Assembly (NCBI RefSeq): GCF_000145295.1
Contig: NC_014408.1
Coordinates: 960,001-992,000 of the forward strand
Direction: 5' to 3'
DNA: 32,000 nucleotides
DNA from: Methanothermobacter marburgensis str. Marburg
GTDB lineage: Archaea; Methanobacteriota; Methanobacteria; Methanobacteriales; Methanothermobacteraceae
The notes under the pieces were generated by a model. The model was not told the origin of the DNA, ran no database searches, and saw nothing but the letters and a program-made list of their open reading frames with translations. Within the stretch, counting starts at the first letter, position 1; each line of letters starts with the position of its first letter. This document shows, piece by piece, positions 26,979 to 32,000 of this stretch. A program made the translations under genes and the position numbers.

Positions 26979-29873
26979 TTATTTTCCTGCTCCGCCTCTC
27001 AGGAATCCGAATGCCACGAGACCTGCTGCAACAAGAACCCCGACGATACCGTAGACGTACCATGCTGATGAACCGCTGCCGCTACCTGAGGAGGTTACGT
27101 TTTCAACCTCATAGGCCCTGGCAGGGGCTGGTTCCTCTGTGGATTCTGAAGCAGCGCCAACCTCCGCAGGTGATGCCACGCTTGCTGAAAGGCCAGGTGA
27201 AACACCGCCTGTCCTTCCTGTAGTTCCGGTTGACCCATGGACACCGCCGGTTGAACCACCTGGAAGGCCTCCTGGAACTCCGCCAGGAATTCCGCCCTGG
27301 TTGCCGCCATCCACAGGTACCTGAGGTAGAATGTCTGCAAGTGTCCTGTCTGCAGGTATGCCCTTAACAAAGGCAAGTGGACTGCCACCATCTGCACCTG
27401 AAAGTATCATCTGAAGTTCAGATTCGGTTATGTATCTCTCTGCCTCTATTTTCACGACTGGGGCTGCTGTCATGTAAGATGGTGTTTCACCCTTGTAGAG
27501 GCTTATGAAACCTGCTATCTGTTTTTCTCTTTTGGCCTCATCGGTTGTGCAGTCACTCACATCAAACTGCGGCCACTGGAAGCCGATGATAACAGCCCTT
27601 CCAACCTTTTTGACACTGTCCCAGATGATCAGGATACCTTCAATTGAACCTCCAAAGTCATCGTCATCGGACATGGTATCTGCGCTTGGAAGCCTGAGGT
27701 TGAAGTAGGTTCCCTGTCCAGGTGAGACTCCCAGCCTGTAGACTATTGCATCGTCCTTGCAGTAGATGGTGTTACCCAGGTAGATGTAGCTCTCGTTCTC
27801 ATTGAGGGGGTAGTTGTTGAATATGTGCTCGGTTATGATGTAACCCGGTGATACACCTGGACATGCATGGTCATGGAAGAGGAATGTGAGTATCTGGTCG
27901 TAGGGCGGGTCGTGTCTCCATGCGTTTGCTATAGTCTGGATATTGAACCATCCATCCATTGCAAAGACCTTTGAAACCTTGCCTGTAAGCGCTGTGCTGT
28001 TAAGGGTCCTTGGACCAATGTCGTTCACGTATTTGCCGTCTGATGCATTGCTTGCAACTAGCTGTCCTGTTGCAGGGTCATAGTAGATGTACACCGCATC
28101 CATTGTAACTCCATCATAGCCCCTGAGTACAAATGTGAACCAGAGTGGCTTCCAGAGCGGCCTGTGGATTGGTAGGAGCGTTGCCCTGCTGAGCCTTGAT
28201 CCGAGAACATCAAATATTCCATCCCATGCCGCGCTCGTATCCTGTCCGTTGAGCCTTGAATAACCTGCTGATGTGAGTACAACAAGGTCCCTGTCATCCT
28301 TCTCAAGGTTTATACCCTTTTCCTGAAGGAATAACTGCTTAGCAAGGTTTGCAGCATCAGCACCGATCTTCTTTATCTGCTCGTAGGTCAGGGTGCCCTG
28401 TGGCAGTGGATTGTTTTCACGTGTTGCATTTGGAAGTCCCAGGCTGTCAATGTATGCCATGTCAAGGCCATGGGCCCTCTGGGCGCTTATATTGTACACA
28501 TTTCCATTCGCATCCCTGACTGTTGTGTTGCTTGCTGAACCAAGGAGATAGTAGTAGTGGGTTACGTTGAGGTCGGTAAGTTCCCTTACTATGGTGACGA
28601 GGGATGTTGGGTCCTGTTTAAGTTTACTTATGAGCCATGCGTTGAATTCAAGCTCTGTCCTCTTACCTGTCTCCTGCTGGAACTGCTGCCTCAGTGCTTC
28701 CTTGTCGAACTTCATGATTATAAGGTCGCCCTTGAGGGTTTTTGGGTTCCATCTGATGAATCCAACAAGGTTTGTGTCCGCACCTGTGGCTGTTGTGTTG
28801 AAACCGCTGTATGATCCTCCCTTACCCGGTGTTGTGTCAAGGAACATGAGCAGGGAGTCATCGTCTGAGTCGCCCGGGACACCTATGGTGATGTAGTTTG
28901 TTATCTCACCTGGAGAGCCCGGTGATGTGATGTCCATGATCGGTGGGTAGTACTTGAGCAGTGTGAGGCTCATTGCGTAACCGCTTATGGTACCGAGGCA
29001 CATGTGCCCGTGGAAGGCCGCTGCCCTCAGGAGGTCTGCTGGAGCATCCTGCATCCATGCATTGGCAAGGCTTGCAACAGGGAATGCGTGTTCCCCGTAT
29101 TTACTTACCAGAAGGTTCCAGTTGGCCTCTGTCATGTTCTTTAAGAGGTCGATGGTGTATATCGGTTTCCCATTGACTGTTCTGATGACAACAGGTGTTG
29201 TGCTTGCATTCTTGAAGAACACTCCAGTTAACGTGTTCCCCTTCTGGAGGATGAAGAACGTGTCCAGGGGATCCACGGGAGTCTTCCTGATCATCAGGAG
29301 GTTGCCCTTACCGTAGGTGACAATTCCTCGTGCCTGGTTCAGTATGCCCTCAATCACATCCTCTGATGTGTCGCCCCTGTACTTGACAATGCCTGCGGTT
29401 GTGATTACAAGGACATTTCCACTTGAGAAGTTGAGGATCTCATCTGCCTTCTTTGTTATTTCCCTTCCGAGCCTGTAGGCGTCGGTTGCATTCATCTTGA
29501 ATGAGAGGTGTGCATAGTAGTTCGGATCAGAGTTATCGTAGGGGTTCCTGGATAGTGTGAAGTGGTGTAAAATGTCCTTGTAGCCGGGTGCTGTTATTTT
29601 TATTGTGAACCTGGTTGTTTCCGTAACCACAGGGGGCTGGAAGGTTATCTTTGTCAGGTTGCTTGCCGGGTCAAACCTCTTTGTGAAGTTAAGCTTTTCA
29701 CCGTTCTCATCACTGATGTAGTTTATGTCTGGATTGATGCGGGTGTTGTCATCTGCGAATTCATACGTGACATTCACCCCCACCTCACATTCTGGCGTTA
29801 CTGCTGAAGCAGAGCCCGTCAGTGCAAAAGCAAAGAGAAGAGCCATTAGAACCATGAAATACTGTCTTCTCAT
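26979..29873 (-). CDS. Secreted, C-terminally membrane-anchored protein with two FmdE-like domains
   Basis: 964 aa. The signal peptide is MRRQYFMVLMALLFAFALTGSASA, and N-x-S/T sequons are numerous. There are two copies of the FmdE-type motif: ANAWMQDAPADLLRAAAFHGHMCLGTISGY (about 28977-29081) and ANAWRHDPPYDQILTFLFHDHACPGVSPGY (about 27840-27941). A Gly/Pro/Ser linker and the TM helix WYVYGIVGVLVAAGLVAFGFL follow. GGAGGTGA lies upstream of the ATG. Confidence 0.8.
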   Translation of the reverse strand: MRRQYFMVLMALLFAFALTGSASAVTPECEVGVNVTYEFADDNTRINPDINYISDENGEKLNFTKRFDPASNLTKITFQPPVVTETTRFTIKITAPGYKDILHHFTLSRNPYDNSDPNYYAHLSFKMNATDAYRLGREITKKADEILNFSSGNVLVITTAGIVKYRGDTSEDVIEGILNQARGIVTYGKGNLLMIRKTPVDPLDTFFILQKGNTLTGVFFKNASTTPVVIRTVNGKPIYTIDLLKNMTEANWNLLVSKYGEHAFPVASLANAWMQDAPADLLRAAAFHGHMCLGTISGYAMSLTLLKYYPPIMDITSPGSPGEITNYITIGVPGDSDDDSLLMFLDTTPGKGGSYSGFNTTATGADTNLVGFIRWNPKTLKGDLIIMKFDKEALRQQFQQETGKRTELEFNAWLISKLKQDPTSLVTIVRELTDLNVTHYYYLLGSASNTTVRDANGNVYNISAQRAHGLDMAYIDSLGLPNATRENNPLPQGTLTYEQIKKIGADAANLAKQLFLQEKGINLEKDDRDLVVLTSAGYSRLNGQDTSAAWDGIFDVLGSRLSRATLLPIHRPLWKPLWFTFVLRGYDGVTMDAVYIYYDPATGQLVASNASDGKYVNDIGPRTLNSTALTGKVSKVFAMDGWFNIQTIANAWRHDPPYDQILTFLFHDHACPGVSPGYIITEHIFNNYPLNENESYIYLGNTIYCKDDAIVYRLGVSPGQGTYFNLRLPSADTMSDDDDFGGSIEGILIIWDSVKKVGRAVIIGFQWPQFDVSDCTTDEAKREKQIAGFISLYKGETPSYMTAAPVVKIEAERYITESELQMILSGADGGSPLAFVKGIPADRTLADILPQVPVDGGNQGGIPGGVPGGLPGGSTGGVHGSTGTTGRTGGVSPGLSASVASPAEVGAASESTEEPAPARAYEVENVTSSGSGSGSSAWYVYGIVGVLVAAGLVAFGFLRGGAGK

Positions 29874-29928
29874 ACCTTTTCACCTCCTTTTATCTTTAAT
29901 TATTAATAATGTACAGAACTATAATGGA

Positions 29929-29945
29929 AGTAATAACATATATAA
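29929..29945 (-). promoter_or_regulatory. Putative promoter of the double-FmdE gene: TATA box immediately followed by the TTATTACT motif
   Basis: The minus strand reads gaTTATATATgTTATTACTtcc. The TATA box is at 29938-29945 and the motif at 29929-29936, ~55-65 nt upstream of the start codon at 29873. Confidence 0.45.
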
Positions 29946-30007
29946 TCATTTTGTTAATACCTTTACCTGTCGTGAAGGGATAAAAGTAATACTCAATTTT
30001 ACTTGAT

Positions 30008-30038
30008 AAAAAAAGGATTCATGGGGAAACCCCATGAA
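30008..30038 (-). terminator. Hairpin plus T7 terminator downstream of the NAS-like gene
   Basis: The minus strand reads TTCATGGGG-ttt-CCCCATGAA-tcc-TTTTTTT. The stem is a perfect 9 bp (30018-30038), and the T-run corresponds to plus-strand A7 at 30008-30014. Confidence 0.6.
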
Positions 30039-30230
30039 CTGATTGATGGAGGGAAAAATTTAATATCCAACACCGTACTGGTGTTACACTTATATCTAAA
30101 ATATGATGAGTATTTAACACTTACTATTTCATTTGTATTAATAATTAATGGGTTCCTGAGGATTCCACAGTAATAATCAACTCATCTGAAGTTTAATTGA
30201 ACTCAGGAGAGCTTGATTGGATTGAAGGTC

Positions 30231-30596
30231 CTAATCAGGGGATTTGAATACAAGTACAGATGTATTGTTAACCTTACCCGATGGTAGAACAATGCCTGCC
30301 CTCCTGAAACCCCTTACATCCTCATCACCTACAGGTGAGTAGAGTATGGCCCTCATCCCGGTGTAGGTCCTGTAAATGACCCTTGTATCCCCATCAACAT
30401 AGCGGTGGATGTTCCTGAAAACCCTCTCCTTTGGCTCTGCAAGGGCCGCCACAAGCACTATGTCGAATTCAAGGTCCCTTATTGCTGTCTCATCACCGTT
30501 GATTACCCTAACATCCCCTTCAAGTCCAAGTTTCTCTATGACCCTTCCTGCAAGTTCCGCCAGTTCGGGTTCAACTTCAACAACCGACACCCCCAT
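30231..30596 (-). CDS. Nicotianamine synthase-like protein (MtNAS type), C-terminal fragment
   Basis: GVSVVEVEPELAELAGRVIEKLG, FDIVLVAALAEPKERVFRNIHRYV, IYRTYTGMRAILY and LPSGKVNNTSVLVFKSPD match my memory of the M. thermautotrophicus thermonicotianamine synthase. The frame is open upstream through LTGILLASVHG to the C/G runs at 30629-30637. Confidence 0.8.
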   Translation of the reverse strand: MGVSVVEVEPELAELAGRVIEKLGLEGDVRVINGDETAIRDLEFDIVLVAALAEPKERVFRNIHRYVDGDTRVIYRTYTGMRAILYSPVGDEDVRGFRRAGIVLPSGKVNNTSVLVFKSPD

Positions 30597-31033
30597 GCCA
30601 TGGACACTTGCCAGGAGAATCCCTGTGAGGGGAGGGGCCCTCCCCCAATAAAGACTATTCTTTCACCCTCCCTGTACCTGCCAAGGGTTGCCTCATTTTT
30701 AAGGAGCTCGATGTAGCGAGGGTAAAAGTAGAACGACCCTAGCGTCTTCCACGGGTCCTCTGAGGCAAGGACCTCCTCAGCCTTTTCAATTTCAAGTTTC
30801 ATCCCGAGGTTGACGTAGAATCTCCTTATTACCCTGAGGGCATGATTCATCCCGGGATCATCAAGGATGTGCTTTGCAGATTCAAAGTCAATGGACTCAT
30901 CATGGGCTATCTCCTCAATCTCATCAAGGAGGGGGATTACGGCTTCAACGTTCATCCCATGTATCCCATAATCCATACCCTCAAGTCTTGATGCTATCGA
31001 CCTGATCCTATCCCAGTAGATGTAACAGCTCAT
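30536..31033 (-). CDS. Nicotianamine synthase-like protein, N-terminal fragment (frame lost at 30629-30632)
   Basis: MSCYIYWDRIRSIASRLEG..., FYFYPRYIELLKNE and ERIVFIGGGPLP are followed by nonsense (SQGFSWQVSMAWGCRLL...). The expected continuation LTGILLAS is in the frame of the 30231-30596 ORF. Confidence 0.8.
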   Translation of the reverse strand: MSCYIYWDRIRSIASRLEGMDYGIHGMNVEAVIPLLDEIEEIAHDESIDFESAKHILDDPGMNHALRVIRRFYVNLGMKLEIEKAEEVLASEDPWKTLGSFYFYPRYIELLKNEATLGRYREGERIVFIGGGPLPSQGFSWQVSMAWGCRLLKLNPNWRNLQEGS

Positions 31034-31362
31034 GAATATACTTCCATGTAGTTTGTGGACGATGCTCCTTTAATTGGATTAATAAACGGATCCAAGGTTT
31101 ATGGATGATCCCCCATCCAGATCTGAATTAATAACAGACCCCCTATGTTATCATAAACAGGCATCCTTTATTCGCCGGCACATATTAGTTTTGCCATGGT
31201 ACTTATAGGAGATATGGATACATATTATACACAAGGAATGTAGTATTACATATAATCCTTAAAATCGTGATAAAGTATTACTTTGGGGTGGTGTTTATTA
31301 TCAGAGTAACGACACCGGGAGAAGAGTAGGATCCTAAATCAGTCAGGGCATTTCTCTTCAGG

Positions 31363-31875
31363 ATGATAAAGAGGGAGTTCGGTTTTGATTACATACCCGA
31401 GTACCACAGGGACATAGTCAACCTTGAAGAATACTACCTGGAACCTGAAAGGAACACCTTCCTCCTTGCCTGCATTGGTGACAGGCTGGTTGGAACCCTC
31501 GGCCTCCGCGCCTATGACCGTGAATTCAGGGGCCTCAATTACGACCCTGAAAGGACGGCCAGCCTCTGGAGGGTCTTTGTGCATGAGGACTGCAGGAAGA
31601 TGGGTGTTGCATCATACCTTGTGGAAATTGCAGAATCCTTTGCAGCAGAGAAGGGCTATACCCGTATCTACCTTCACACTCATAAACACGTTGAGGGTGC
31701 CCTTGAATTCTGGCTCTCAAAGGGTTACAGCATAGTTATTGACACTGACAATGAACTTGGAACCGTCCACATGGAAAAGTCCCTTAACAGGAGTTCAATG
31801 GGAAACCAGGATTTCAGTGGAACCTGTTCTACCATAAAAAGAGGAGGAACAGGGCATCAGATGACATTTTTTTGA
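31363..31875 (+). CDS. GNAT-family N-acetyltransferase (as called from ATG 31363; N-terminal strand lies upstream of an in-frame TAG)
   Basis: The GNAT core is FLLACIGDRLVGTLGLR, WRVFVHEDCRKMGVASYLV and YTRIYLHT. In the same frame, VVFIIRVTTPGEE-TAG-DPKSVRAFLFRM precedes the ATG. Confidence 0.75.
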   Translation: MIKREFGFDYIPEYHRDIVNLEEYYLEPERNTFLLACIGDRLVGTLGLRAYDREFRGLNYDPERTASLWRVFVHEDCRKMGVASYLVEIAESFAAEKGYTRIYLHTHKHVEGALEFWLSKGYSIVIDTDNELGTVHMEKSLNRSSMGNQDFSGTCSTIKRGGTGHQMTFF

Positions 31876-32000
31876 GCGAAAGGATTGCTTGATGCCCTGT
31901 TTGAGCTGGCTTCCGTTGATATCCTAGGAGGAATTCATGCTCAGAGATATACTTGGCAGAGGATATATAAATACTTTTTGAAAAAAAATTATTACTCATT

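Noticed and set aside
31327-31329. In-frame TAG in the GNAT upstream region read as pyrrolysine
   Set aside because: Pyrrolysine decoding is known from Methanosarcinales, Methanomassiliicoccales and a few bacteria, not from Methanobacteriales. No pyl genes or PYLIS-like context are visible. A mutation, a sequencing error or use of the internal start is far more likely.
31937-31981. 14-codon ORF (MLRDILGRGYINTF*) with TAGGAGGA 5-6 nt upstream
   Set aside because: It is too short to evaluate. It overlaps a TATA-like box that probably serves a gene beyond the window end, and there is no supporting conservation information.

Overview
The window looks like a chromosomal segment of a thermophilic Methanobacteriales methanogen, Methanothermobacter-like. 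Supporting signs are GGAGGTGA/GGTGAT Shine-Dalgarno sites, TTTATATA-type promoters, an Mth-RIR1-type mini-intein in nrdJ and an MtNAS-like gene. Gene order matches my memory of the M. thermautotrophicus MTH65x-67x region, but the sequence is clearly diverged. All family calls come from motif recognition by eye; no searches were run.

Content, left to right:
- A creatininase-family ArfB-like gene.
- An intein-containing class II ribonucleotide reductase.
- A ~4 kb AT-rich block with three membrane or cell-surface glycan-type genes.
- An ASH-Ski2-like helicase.
- An XRE-cupin regulator / thioesterase / acyl-CoA synthetase operon.
- Two tandem amt-glnK operons. The second carries a perfect GGAA-N6-TTCC (NrpR-type) operator.
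- A perfect 3 x 56 bp tandem repeat.
- A secreted hypothetical protein, pdxS, and a PfkB kinase coupled to a HisA/HisF-like barrel.
- The most interesting part (19960-31033): a co-directional minus-strand block encoding an ExbD-like protein, an ExbB/MotA-like protein, a CPCC-motif permease, a secreted membrane-anchored CobN-like protein and a secreted membrane-anchored double-FmdE-domain protein.
- Immediately after it, a nicotianamine-synthase-like gene and a GNAT.

The intergenic regions of this block share a recurrent TTATTACT/AGTAATAA motif placed next to the TATA boxes. The two surface proteins share a homologous C-terminal linker and anchor module. I interpret the block as a candidate PMF-energised Ni/Co or metallophore acquisition system in an organism without an outer membrane.

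Quality caveat: four otherwise intact genes or junctions (nrdJ, CobN-like twice, NAS-like) are interrupted at short homopolymer runs, and the GNAT has an in-frame TAG. This pattern is more typical of homopolymer sequencing error than of biology and must be resolved before calling pseudogenes. No rRNA, tRNA, CRISPR array, transposase or integrase was recognised.
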